57,291 bases of DNA from Candidatus Uhrbacteria bacterium (GTDB lineage: Bacteria; Patescibacteriota; Patescibacteriia; JACQRZ01). The position numbers and the translations under genes were made by a program. Location: the NCBI GenBank assembly GCA_016209345.1, contig JACQWH010000029.1, forward strand, positions 1 through 57,291. Reading direction: 5' to 3'. A model generated the notes under the pieces. It saw only the letters and a program-made list of their open reading frames with translations, was not told the DNA's origin and did not search any database. Positions 34,509 to 43,135 of the stretch are shown piece by piece (the first letter of the stretch is position 1; every line of letters begins with the position of its first letter).

Positions 34509-34626
34509 CTAGTATATACTGCCTGTAGAAGACCTCAACATCTTAGTAGCATACCATATAAAAAAGCTTCTTAAAACACTTATTCCCCCCCTGCTCATCA
34601 ACGCGCTCTGGCATTTCCCCCGCGCG

Positions 34627-35787
34627 GTGTGCGCCGCCGCCCTGTTTGGCTTTCCCGCGCGCCGCCTTTCCTGTATCGCCATTGCGGGCACCAAAGGAAA
34701 AACAAGTACGGCATATTTCCTCCATGGCATACTCCAGCATGCCGGTCACCCGTGCGCGCTCTTTACAACCTCGGGCGGAAAAATAAAAAATGATGCGTTT
34801 CTCAACACCTGGAAGATGACAACGCCAGATCCTTTTTCCTTGCAACGATTCCTCGCCTCAGCGGTTCGCGCGGGCTGCTCACACGCCGTCATAGAGGTGT
34901 CGTCCCACGCGCTCAAGCAGCATCGAACCGTCCTCATTCCGTTTGCTGTTGTCCTTATCACAAACCTTGCGCCCGACCATCTGGAATATCACGCATCCGC
35001 GGATGAGTATATTCGCGTTCATGAAAAAATTCTGTCAAAACATACGCGCGCGATTCTCATCAATGCCGATGATGCGCACAGCGCGTTCTTTGCAAAAGAC
35101 CCGCGAACAATCCCTTTTTCACAATCAACTATTCATGCCGACTGCGCCAAGCCCCCTCCCCAGTGGTGGGCAGCGCTCCAGAAGCCAAATCTTGCCGCGG
35201 CATGCGCGGCGGCGCGTGCGCTTGGAAAAACAAATGAAGACATCTGTTCCGCGCTTTTGACCCTTACCGCACCGCCCGGACGATTTGAAGAAATCATCAA
35301 GGGGCAGGACTTTCGTGTTATTGTCGACTATGCGCACTCGCCCGAATCGCTCATGTTTTTTTTCAAGGCGGTCCGCCCGCTTATTTCACAAAAAATAATT
35401 GTCGTATTCGGGGCTTGCGGCGATAGAGACCCTGTCCAGCGACCACGTATGGGTGCGGTGCTCCAACGCTACGCAGACATGATTATTCTCACCAGCGACG
35501 ACCCCTATTCTGAACAGCCGGCGGATATTGCGCGCCAAGTACAGACAGGCATTACCGACGAATCAAAAGAACTTCTCACTATTCTCGACCGAAAAGAAGC
35601 GATACGAAAAGCTCTGGAAATCGCGCGGAAAAACGACTGCGCTTGCATCCTGGGCAAGGGGGCTGAACAATTTCAAGTGTTCAAAAACAAAAAAATCCCA
35701 TGGGATGACCGTGTAATTACAAAAGTTTTACTTGCCGAGCAATGTGGAAAAAAAACCATGCTTAATCTTACTAATCCGAAGAATTAA
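34627..35787 (+). CDS. murE: Mur ligase, MurE-like (UDP-MurNAc-tripeptide synthetase)
   Basis: P-loop AGTKGKTST, DHLEYH, PGRFE, VDYAHSP, FGACGDRD and a SDDPYSEQP tail. The reading frame is open upstream to 34513 and looks coding (IKKLLKTLIPPLL...), so the listed GTG start is probably too far downstream. Confidence 0.8.
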   Translation: MCAAALFGFPARRLSCIAIAGTKGKTSTAYFLHGILQHAGHPCALFTTSGGKIKNDAFLNTWKMTTPDPFSLQRFLASAVRAGCSHAVIEVSSHALKQHRTVLIPFAVVLITNLAPDHLEYHASADEYIRVHEKILSKHTRAILINADDAHSAFFAKDPRTIPFSQSTIHADCAKPPPQWWAALQKPNLAAACAAARALGKTNEDICSALLTLTAPPGRFEEIIKGQDFRVIVDYAHSPESLMFFFKAVRPLISQKIIVVFGACGDRDPVQRPRMGAVLQRYADMIILTSDDPYSEQPADIARQVQTGITDESKELLTILDRKEAIRKALEIARKNDCACILGKGAEQFQVFKNKKIPWDDRVITKVLLAEQCGKKTMLNLTNPKN

Positions 35788-35844
35788 GAGGTAAGAATTA
35801 TGAATGAACGAAATCAAATCAATGGGTCCCTTAATTCTTAATTT

Positions 35845-36018
35845 CTTTGAATTACGAAACGCCACTTTTGTCATTCCGACCCCGTTCGGCTCACGGTGCT
35901 GTTCGCTCAGGGCAAGCTAGTAAGAAGTGGAGGAATCTATGCAGTTGAAAGGAAAATGTAGATCCCTCGACTTCGCTCGGGATGACAACACGGGCGTTAT
36001 TGCAGTTTCGAAATTCAA
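35845..36018. mobile_element. Type-1 MITE-like element (third copy)
   Basis: CTTTGAATTACGAAAC...GGGATGACAACACGGGCGTTATTGCAGTTTCGAAATTCAA. Its right end matches window bases 1..40. Confidence 0.6.
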
Positions 36019-36043
36019 CATTCTTCATTCAAAATTTCTTACC

Positions 36044-36760
36044 CTACCCGTGCGCGAAGGTAAGCGCGTATATGTCGCCAGCCCCGCCATGTTTCAATGC
36101 GCGTGCCGCTTCCTGCAGCGTTGCGCCGGTCGTATAAACATCGTCTATCAATACTATATCAAATCCGCGAACGCTTTCGGGTTTTATGCACGAAAATGCG
36201 CCGCTCATATTTACCCGACGGTCTTGGCGAGAACGTTCGGTTTGCGGAGATGTCGGTCGGATGCGAACAAGCACGTCGCTCACGCAGACAATGCCTGCGC
36301 GGCTTGAAAACTCGCGAGCGAGAAGCTCTGCCTGGTTGAATCCACGTTCCCGCTCTCGAGAAGGATGGAGCGGAATGGGAACACACAGCGCGCAAGAGGC
36401 GCTGCCAAGCCCGCTCCATACCTGCGCCATGAACGATCCAAGGGCAGGCGCGCTCTTTGTGACAAAGTCGTATTTTAACGAATGTACCATGCGCGCGACA
36501 CGCGCATCTGCATACTGAAAGGCGGCAACGCACTGGAGGAGCGCCGAATCATGGGTGCATCGCGGACAAAAAAATCCGCGCCAAAATGGCGCGGCGCACT
36601 CCGGACATCGGGCATTGGAATGAAATACGAGCGAGCGAGCGCAAGAAACGCATACCCACGCGCCTTCCCGTCCGCAACCGGTGCATTGGGGAGGAAATAT
36701 CAGATCAACCACACCGTCCAAAGCGCTGATAAAAAACCGCCTTATCCCCCCTGATTTCAT
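36044..36760 (-). CDS. comFC: ComF family protein (ComFC-like phosphoribosyltransferase)
   Basis: N-terminal double zinc ribbon (CTGCG..CVSC, CPEC..CPRC) plus a PRTase motif (VLIDDVYTTGATL). Confidence 0.8.
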   Translation of the reverse strand: MKSGGIRRFFISALDGVVDLIFPPQCTGCGREGAWVCVSCARSLVFHSNARCPECAAPFWRGFFCPRCTHDSALLQCVAAFQYADARVARMVHSLKYDFVTKSAPALGSFMAQVWSGLGSASCALCVPIPLHPSRERERGFNQAELLAREFSSRAGIVCVSDVLVRIRPTSPQTERSRQDRRVNMSGAFSCIKPESVRGFDIVLIDDVYTTGATLQEAARALKHGGAGDIYALTFAHG

Positions 36761-36797
36761 ACGTGTATGATTCTGACACCTGGCACCTGAGCCGGCA

Positions 36798-37412
36798 TCA
36801 CTGCCAATATGCGCCGTCCACGATCCATGCAGTGTCTTCCTTTACCAATTTTATAACGATGTCCTGATTATATACGCGGGCATTCGTACTGGTTCCAATA
36901 AGCTCTTTGCGCTGGGTTGCCACTTTCATCTCCGCAATCCCTTTCGCATCGTCAAATATCGAAAGCGTATACTGCAACGACTTGGTCGTCACGCCGTGGT
37001 ACACCGTCTGAAACGTTTTCCTTTTCTGCTCATCAATTTGTTTCTGCGCCCATGCCTTCATGCCGTCCGACATTACCGGCAAAAGCTCTGAAAGGTTTTC
37101 CAGATTCCCCTGGTTCGAGTAGCTGCCAAACCGTTCGACAAACGGCAATACCAAAGAAACCACTTCATTCCCCGGCTTTGCGGAGACGGACGCGACGCCG
37201 GTGTTTGGCGGCGTCAGCACGGCTTGCGTCGTCTCAATTTTTTCGGTACCCCCCGACACTGGCAGGGGTGCCGGCTGTTCGCCGACCAGTTGCTGCCCTT
37301 CCTGCCCCGATTGTTTTTTAAAAAATCCAATAACGGCGATGGAAGAAAATACCACCAACAACACAACGACTATGCCCAGCCCGGCAAGAATAATTTTAAG
37401 ACGTAATGTCAT
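36798..37412 (-). CDS. Membrane-anchored hypothetical protein (position and topology compatible with a VirB8-like component)
   Basis: 204 aa, with an N-terminal TM helix, a linker, and a compact ~130-aa C-terminal domain. Lies directly downstream of the VirB4-like gene. The VirB8 analogy is inference from topology only. Confidence 0.55.
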   Translation of the reverse strand: MTLRLKIILAGLGIVVVLLVVFSSIAVIGFFKKQSGQEGQQLVGEQPAPLPVSGGTEKIETTQAVLTPPNTGVASVSAKPGNEVVSLVLPFVERFGSYSNQGNLENLSELLPVMSDGMKAWAQKQIDEQKRKTFQTVYHGVTTKSLQYTLSIFDDAKGIAEMKVATQRKELIGTSTNARVYNQDIVIKLVKEDTAWIVDGAYWQ

Positions 37413-37415
37413 TTC

Positions 37416-37450
37416 TTAGGGGTTAGGGGTTAGGGGTTAGGGGTTAGGGG
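37416..37450. repeat. (TTAGGGG)x5 tandem heptamer
   Basis: Five perfect units. The sense strand (CCCCTAA)n supplies the last codons and the stop of the VirB4-like gene (..QTPNP-stop). Confidence 0.9.
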
Positions 37451-40400
37451 TCTGCCTCTTCTCATCTTCAAACTCCTTCTTTGCCGCCTCTATTTCCAGG
37501 AGTTGGCGCGGATCGGTGGTGATAAGCTGGTCTTCGGAATACGATGCAACCACCTTGATGGCAACATGTTTTGACCCGGCAAAGAAAATCCCTTCGCCCG
37601 GCCCTCCTTCTAATAATAGATACTTCTCACCCTCTGTCAATAAGAAGGTCTTTTGTACCGCATCGATCGCTGCCGATGATTGTTTGAGCAGAAGTTGAAT
37701 GGCCGAATTTGTCAGGATGGCGCGGCCGTATTGCGAGTTGAGAAAATCATTAACGTCCTGCGTAATGGTCGTCACTCCCAGATAATATTTGCGGCACCGC
37801 TTGGCAAGCGCAAAAATAAATCTGGCTGAGTCCTCATGCTGCATGAGCCACCACGCCTCGTCGATGACCAAAATCCTGCGCTTGATTTGAGATCGCACGA
37901 CATTCCAGATGTAGTTGATGATGGTGTAGATTGCGATAGGGCGCAGCTCGTCTTCCAAGTCGCGCACGGAGAACACGACAAGCTGGTTTTTTGTCTCGAC
38001 ATTCGTCGGCTTATTGAGCAGCCCCGCAAACGTCCCTTCGGTATATTTTTTCAGCTTTCCGGAAAGTCCCGCGCCGCCCTCCATGCCATCGAGCACATCC
38101 TGCAAATCGGTCAGTGTTGGGGGCTCAACGCCGGCGGACAGATCGGTTTGCGGCGTAATGTCTTTCTTCGCGTAGGCCTCCAGGAGCGCGCGATCAATAG
38201 TCGAATCCTCTTCTTGAGAAAACGCTCCCAGCATCAGCCGCATCAGCCCCTTGAGCGTAATGACCGCACTGCGAATAATGTCGGCGGTCGATACTTGCTC
38301 GCCAACCGGCCGCGGCAGATCAAACGGATTGATGCGACTTGTCGAGGAAAGAGATATGTTGACATAGGTACCCCCCACCGCATCGCAAAGATGCTTATAT
38401 TCGCGCTCCGGGTCTATCACCATAATCTCGGTTCCCATCATCATCGAGCGTAAAATTTCCAATTTTATGGCAAACGAGTTGTGTACAAAAAGTCCGCCGT
38501 GTCCTGCAAGAAACACTTCATTGTCGACGGTAAGATCGTACACGTACCGATCGGTATTTTTTATTCTTTTTATTGACGCTATTGGATCCCATATCAGATC
38601 GGCATCTGCAAGATTCTTCAGCTTTGCAATGAGCGCCTTCACGCGAGGAAGGCGAGACGCAATGCGCTGGTATTCGGATAATACATGGTGCGCAGCACTG
38701 CGCAACCGGCCGTATCGCATGTCGCCCCTCTCGCAAAGCCCCGTACGAAGAGAGCGATCGAAATCCTTCATCGAAAGGTTAAGCTGTCGAAATCCATAAT
38801 GAACAGCGTGCTTTACTTGTTCAAAATCTATGCTGTTGTACGAACTATATGACCACGCCCTCAATACATTTGTCGCGTACGGTGATACCCTCTGCTGCTT
38901 TATGTTGTTCCAGGTATGCCCCATCTCTTTCCAAAGAATGCCGTTTGTATTCTTATCGCAAACCCCCATGCCGATAACGGATGACATGTGGGGAAGCGCG
39001 GCTAACACCTCAAGCTCGTCTCTCAATACCTCAAAACGCCGCACCGCCTCATTCATCTGATCAATGACGGCATGGAGCTTCTCGCGCGATGGCTGATACG
39101 ACCCGTTTTTCAGCTCAATACAGTCCTGCATGCCGCGCAGATGAGATGGCAAAAGTTCATAGAGCTCCTGAAAAACGGTTTGGACGGGAATGGTGTCACT
39201 ATTTGTGTTGCTCTTCAAACCGAGAAGCCGCTTCAGCTTTGTATTCTTGCGTTGTGTGACAAATCCTATCGACTCAGCGTAGCGTGAAAGGTTTTCTTGG
39301 CCTGAAAGCGATAGCTGCCAATATGTTCTTCGCGTCTTCCTTGCGGTGTTGGTTGCATATTTATTTTTCTTCGACAAACGAACATGAATACCAAAACGAA
39401 GAAATACATATGCGAGATCGGAAACAAGCGCTTTTGATTTTGAAGTGGCGGTGACGGCATGGTTCTCGGCACACCCGTCTCCTTCAAAATAGGCCTTGAG
39501 AAATTCTGACAGTATGGACGATGACGCCCCAAACAATACTCCGGGAATTCGTTTGTCCGCTGATGTTTTTCCAATACCAAGCGCTTTAATATATTCCACG
39601 ATTACCCGACCGTGAATAACAAATGAGCCATCATCCTTGCGACGATAAAAAGAAAATCCTAGAGTGTTCAGACAATGGATAATATCGCTAACCACCGGTT
39701 TGTCCTCGTTTGAAATAAGAATATACCGTTCACGAATCGCGCCTTCACTCACAATATACCCCATCAATCGAGCTAATTCTGCCGTGAGATGCATAATGGG
39801 CGGCAGTGATGTCCCCTTCAAGCTGGTTGTCTTTGAACACAACCGAACTTCGGAATAGACGGCATGCGGATCAATGCCAAGATACGCAAGTATTTTCGAG
39901 AAATACCCAAGCGGAATCAGGCGACCGGTCCTATAGTTGTACCGGTAGCGATCAAAACGAGGATCGATGATCGCCCCTGCAAGGCGCGCGTAGTTCCTGG
40001 CTAGTACATACTGCCCGCCATCTATGTAGATTCTGCTATTATTCTCCAGCACTGCATATATGTCTTGCGTCGTGGTCGGATGTTCCGACTCCGACAACTC
40101 TCGTGCGAGAGGAATTGATTCGCCCGCGGAAATATCGGCACTCTTGTCTGCAACGACGACTCCATTGCGCAACACGAGCATATTATGGTCGCCCGTCACA
40201 GTAATTTCGCGCCCGCTCTTCATGGTAAACACGAAGAGATCGTCCGGCGCTTCTTTCCGAGCGGCGATGCTCACCGGGCTCCATTCGCCTTTTAATTCTT
40301 TATTAAAAGAATAGACCTGAATACCCGGATCAACGACACCTTCAAGATCATCATCGATCTTCTCAAAAACATGCTTTCTGGCGAGCGCGTCGATGGCAGG

Positions 40401-41306
40401 ACCGATCTGAACGAGCTTAATAGCACCGTCGCTATCCTTCATTAAAACCGGGGAAGATGATACTATGGACTTTCCTGCGCCGCTCGTTGCGAACACGACC
40501 TCGTTCGCGTTTTGCATGCTGAACCGGTCAAAGAGAATCAAGCTGTTATTGTGGCGATTGATGCCGTACAAAATGCCGTTGTCAGACGTGAGATCCGAAG
40601 AAATGAACGGAAACGCGGCAGCGGCAGGAGAGGTGTTCATATTAAATCCTATTGCCACCTCGTCGTTGCATAATGGCAATGTTGAGTTGAACCCCTGTTC
40701 CGCCTGGTAATAAACCCGCTTGGTGAAAATAAGTTTCGACCCGAACAGCCCCTCAATGTCTTCGGTGAGTTTGTCCAGCTCCTCAAGCGAGTTTGCAAGC
40801 AGCGTCATGTACACGCCGACCGTGAAAAAGTGCTCAATGCCCTGCGTGAGATCGTCACGCAAGCGCTCCATGTCGCGCAATGCCGTTTCCGCCATCGGAT
40901 CGCGCGGCTTTCCCTTTTCTTGTCCCGATGATATTTCCGCTTCAACCCTTCCCACTTTATTCCGCAGTTGTTTGAGAACAAGGGGAGTGCCGAGCGGTGC
41001 GAAAAAAATCGAGATGTCAAACGAGGCGGCGTAATTAATGATTGGCGCAAACCACCCGACATTGATATATCGAGGATACCCGATGACAAACACGGTTCGC
41101 GCGTATTTCGCGCCGACGCGCACGTACGACGGCTGTACCTCGAATGACGCGGGGCTGATTAAATCTTTCACGGCAACAAGTCCGCGGCGGTAAGCAAGCT
41201 CCTCTGCGATTGTCTGCTTTTGCTCCTCTTCTTTTTTCTGCGCAAGAACTTTCTTCTCTTGGGTCGGAGCTTTTTTTACCGCTTTTGCAATGGGTCGAAA
41301 GGCCAT
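37437..41306 (-). CDS. virB4: VirB4/TrbE-like T4SS ATPase interrupted by an intein
   Basis: Walker A ATSGAGK|S is split by the insert. Walker B RRILVIDEAWWLM. Also a RKYYLGVTTITQD motif and a VirB4-type region upstream (TVFVIGYPRYINVGWF). Confidence 0.85.
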   Translation of the reverse strand: MAFRPIAKAVKKAPTQEKKVLAQKKEEEQKQTIAEELAYRRGLVAVKDLISPASFEVQPSYVRVGAKYARTVFVIGYPRYINVGWFAPIINYAASFDISIFFAPLGTPLVLKQLRNKVGRVEAEISSGQEKGKPRDPMAETALRDMERLRDDLTQGIEHFFTVGVYMTLLANSLEELDKLTEDIEGLFGSKLIFTKRVYYQAEQGFNSTLPLCNDEVAIGFNMNTSPAAAAFPFISSDLTSDNGILYGINRHNNSLILFDRFSMQNANEVVFATSGAGKSIVSSSPVLMKDSDGAIKLVQIGPAIDALARKHVFEKIDDDLEGVVDPGIQVYSFNKELKGEWSPVSIAARKEAPDDLFVFTMKSGREITVTGDHNMLVLRNGVVVADKSADISAGESIPLARELSESEHPTTTQDIYAVLENNSRIYIDGGQYVLARNYARLAGAIIDPRFDRYRYNYRTGRLIPLGYFSKILAYLGIDPHAVYSEVRLCSKTTSLKGTSLPPIMHLTAELARLMGYIVSEGAIRERYILISNEDKPVVSDIIHCLNTLGFSFYRRKDDGSFVIHGRVIVEYIKALGIGKTSADKRIPGVLFGASSSILSEFLKAYFEGDGCAENHAVTATSKSKALVSDLAYVFLRFGIHVRLSKKNKYATNTARKTRRTYWQLSLSGQENLSRYAESIGFVTQRKNTKLKRLLGLKSNTNSDTIPVQTVFQELYELLPSHLRGMQDCIELKNGSYQPSREKLHAVIDQMNEAVRRFEVLRDELEVLAALPHMSSVIGMGVCDKNTNGILWKEMGHTWNNIKQQRVSPYATNVLRAWSYSSYNSIDFEQVKHAVHYGFRQLNLSMKDFDRSLRTGLCERGDMRYGRLRSAAHHVLSEYQRIASRLPRVKALIAKLKNLADADLIWDPIASIKRIKNTDRYVYDLTVDNEVFLAGHGGLFVHNSFAIKLEILRSMMMGTEIMVIDPEREYKHLCDAVGGTYVNISLSSTSRINPFDLPRPVGEQVSTADIIRSAVITLKGLMRLMLGAFSQEEDSTIDRALLEAYAKKDITPQTDLSAGVEPPTLTDLQDVLDGMEGGAGLSGKLKKYTEGTFAGLLNKPTNVETKNQLVVFSVRDLEDELRPIAIYTIINYIWNVVRSQIKRRILVIDEAWWLMQHEDSARFIFALAKRCRKYYLGVTTITQDVNDFLNSQYGRAILTNSAIQLLLKQSSAAIDAVQKTFLLTEGEKYLLLEGGPGEGIFFAGSKHVAIKVVASYSEDQLITTDPRQLLEIEAAKKEFEDEKRQTPNP
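38478..40469 (-). mobile_element. 664-aa intein with LAGLIDADG homing endonuclease domain in the VirB4 P-loop
   Basis: Begins with Ser (SIVSSSPVLMKD...). Block B TVTGDHNML. LAGLIDADG motifs LMGYIVSEGAI and FLKAYFEGDGCA. Ends ...VFLAGHGGLFVHN, followed by a +1 Ser. Removal restores GAGKSFAIKL. Confidence 0.8.
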
Positions 41307-41393
41307 AGGAATAGGGGTCAGTTGTCAGGGTATAGGTGTCAGAAAGTATTAGGAATGGGTTCTTACTGATAGCTGGAGCATGCAACCTGATTA

Positions 41394-42113
41394 CTAGGAT
41401 AGGGGTACTTCTTCGTCTCCTTCTACCTGAAGATCACTCAGGGGCGCCATACGCTGATTGGATGATGTTTCAGGGTTATAGGTAGTATAGTAAAGTTCTA
41501 TGAGGGACTGCGTATCAAGGCGGACGGTGTTGAGCCCCATGCCGACAAGACCGCCGGCAACGTTGCCGATGCGCTGGTCGAGCATATGCTTACGTTTAAG
41601 AAATTGTTCGTTTTTCAAACGCAGCTCGCCTGCGGCAAAAAAGACCTCATAAAGTTGTTTGAAAAATCCTCGCTTCATATCCGTAGCCGGATCGTATGGA
41701 ATCACGGCATAAAACTTTTTATCCATAATATCACCAAGCTGAACAAGTTCGGCGACGAATTGCCGATAGTCGGCCATCTGCATTTTAAGCAGATCGTTTG
41801 TCTGCTGCGCTTCGAGTTGCTCAAGACGCTTAATATATGTTGTGATGTCGTACTTGCGCGACTGGACCAGCACCTGGAGTGGGTAGTCGATGGTGTTGAG
41901 AAACTGCATATAGGACTGGATCGTCGCGTTCTGTTCGTCTTCCGACTTCAGAAAAAAATTGATGGAAGACACCAGCAGCACGCCGCGCAGGGTGCCGTCT
42001 TTGAGAATGACGGTATCGTTTTTTATCTCGGCAATTTCAAGATGTTTCTGCGTTGATGGCGTACCGCGATTCGCTTTCGGATTGGGCTCTGTTGTTTGTT
42101 TTTTCTTGGGCAT
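41394..42113 (-). CDS. Protein resembling the N-terminal domain of Gram-positive-type VirB4 (possible split-off VirB4 N-domain)
   Basis: HLEIAEIKNDTVILKDGTLRGVLLVSSINFFLKSEDEQNATIQSYMQFLNTIDYPLQVLVQSRK resembles the first domain of PrgJ/TcpF-type VirB4 proteins (from memory). 239 aa plus 625 aa of spliced VirB4 gives a typical VirB4 length. Confidence 0.5.
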   Translation of the reverse strand: MPKKKQTTEPNPKANRGTPSTQKHLEIAEIKNDTVILKDGTLRGVLLVSSINFFLKSEDEQNATIQSYMQFLNTIDYPLQVLVQSRKYDITTYIKRLEQLEAQQTNDLLKMQMADYRQFVAELVQLGDIMDKKFYAVIPYDPATDMKRGFFKQLYEVFFAAGELRLKNEQFLKRKHMLDQRIGNVAGGLVGMGLNTVRLDTQSLIELYYTTYNPETSSNQRMAPLSDLQVEGDEEVPLS

Positions 42114-42117
42114 AGAT

Positions 42118-42158
42118 CAGGTGTCAGGTTGCAGGTGTCAGGTTGCAGGTGTCAGGTT
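42118..42158. repeat. (CAGGTGTCAGGTTG) x ~2.9 tandem 14-mer
   Basis: Direct tandem copies. The sense strand encodes the C-terminal KPDTCNLTPAT-stop of the four-helix-bundle gene. Confidence 0.85.
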
Positions 42159-42516
42159 TATTACCGAGTTTTGTTATGAGGGTATTCAAAATTTTCATAA
42201 CCTCTATGAGTATTGTGTCAACATCATTATACTGGAGGTTCACACCAAAAGGCAATTTCTTTACGACGGCTATCTGTGTTTGCAGTTCAGCGCCCGATCC
42301 ATATGAAATATAAAGAAAGTGCCTATAATCCTTCCGCGTACCCCTCATACTTCCCTCAGCTATGTTTGACGGAATAGAAACTGCCGCTCGTTTCATTTGA
42401 GATGCTAGTCCGAAAACCTCTTCCCGGGGAAAATGACTCGTAAGTTCGTAGATTGCCAGAACCAGCTCAATACCCTTCTTCCATACTATCAAATCCTGAA
42501 ATGACTGTACTTTCAT
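42124..42516 (-). CDS. Four-helix-bundle protein (23S rRNA intervening-sequence protein family), copy 1
   Basis: FQDLIVWKKGIELVLAIYELTSHFPREEVFGLASQMKRAAVSIPSNIAEG...GSGAELQTQ matches the signature of this family. Confidence 0.8.
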   Translation of the reverse strand: MKVQSFQDLIVWKKGIELVLAIYELTSHFPREEVFGLASQMKRAAVSIPSNIAEGSMRGTRKDYRHFLYISYGSGAELQTQIAVVKKLPFGVNLQYNDVDTILIEVMKILNTLITKLGNKPDTCNLTPAT

Positions 42517-42529
42517 AAATTAATTTTTC

Positions 42530-42655
42530 TGATCACTGAAACCTGATCACTGAAACCTGATCACTGAAACCTGATCACTGAAACCTGATCACTGAAACCT
42601 GATCACTGAAACCTGATCACTGAAACCTGATCACTGAAACCTGATCACTGAAACC
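42530..42655. repeat. (TGATCACTGAAACC)x9 perfect tandem 14-mer
   Basis: 126 nt made of nine identical units. Each unit contains the palindrome TGATCA (with GATC) and TGA triplets on both strands. Confidence 0.95.
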
Positions 42656-43110
42656 TAAAACAACTCCGTCTCCTTCTCCTTTGCTTCACCCATATATGCC
42701 CCTCCGGTATCGACAATAAGCGCGAGATCGGCGAGCCGATGCCCGCTCACGCGCGGCGGTAAGGGCGGCGGGGTTTCCTTCAAGGCCTTTTCCTCCTTCG
42801 TCTCTTTTGCCGTGTGAATGACGCGGCGCACATCCTTTCTCCATACGCGCAGTGTCGGCCGGCTTGCCGTGCGCAGCGTATTGAGGAGAAAAAAATGGAA
42901 GGGCTGTCCGTTGATCCGCACAAACCCAAGCACGCCCGCGCATCCCCCGACAAGAATGGCGACAAAAATGAAGGCGGTCAGGTCTGTTGTTTTGTACGCA
43001 ACGAACAACAGCGCGCAGGCAACGAGGATGATCACAAACTGCCGAACGGTAATCGGCCCGAGTATGCGGTCTTCATTTTCAATAAATTGCGGAACGGTTA
43101 TTTGGTCCAT
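42655..43110 (-). CDS. PrgI-family (VirB3-like) T4SS membrane protein
   Basis: The start was moved to MDQITVPQFIENEDRILGPITVRQF, followed by two TM helices, the pattern typical of PrgI-family proteins. Confidence 0.65.
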   Translation of the reverse strand: MDQITVPQFIENEDRILGPITVRQFVIILVACALLFVAYKTTDLTAFIFVAILVGGCAGVLGFVRINGQPFHFFLLNTLRTASRPTLRVWRKDVRRVIHTAKETKEEKALKETPPPLPPRVSGHRLADLALIVDTGGAYMGEAKEKETELF

Positions 43111-43135
43111 GTCAACAAGAATTAAGAAACAAGAA

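Noticed and set aside
35927-36307. 126-aa plus-strand ORF
   Set aside because: Its 5' part is generated by the type-1 MITE (35845..36018) and the rest is antisense to comFC. It shows no coding signal.
37416-37450. TTAGGGG x5, considered as a telomere-like repeat or replicon end
   Set aside because: There are only five units. They are internal to a co-directional operon and overlap a stop codon. Nothing else suggests a linear replicon end.
42530-42655. Nine identical 14-nt direct repeats, considered as a possible CRISPR array
   Set aside because: The units are contiguous with no spacers and far shorter than CRISPR repeats, and no cas genes are present. It is a simple tandem repeat.
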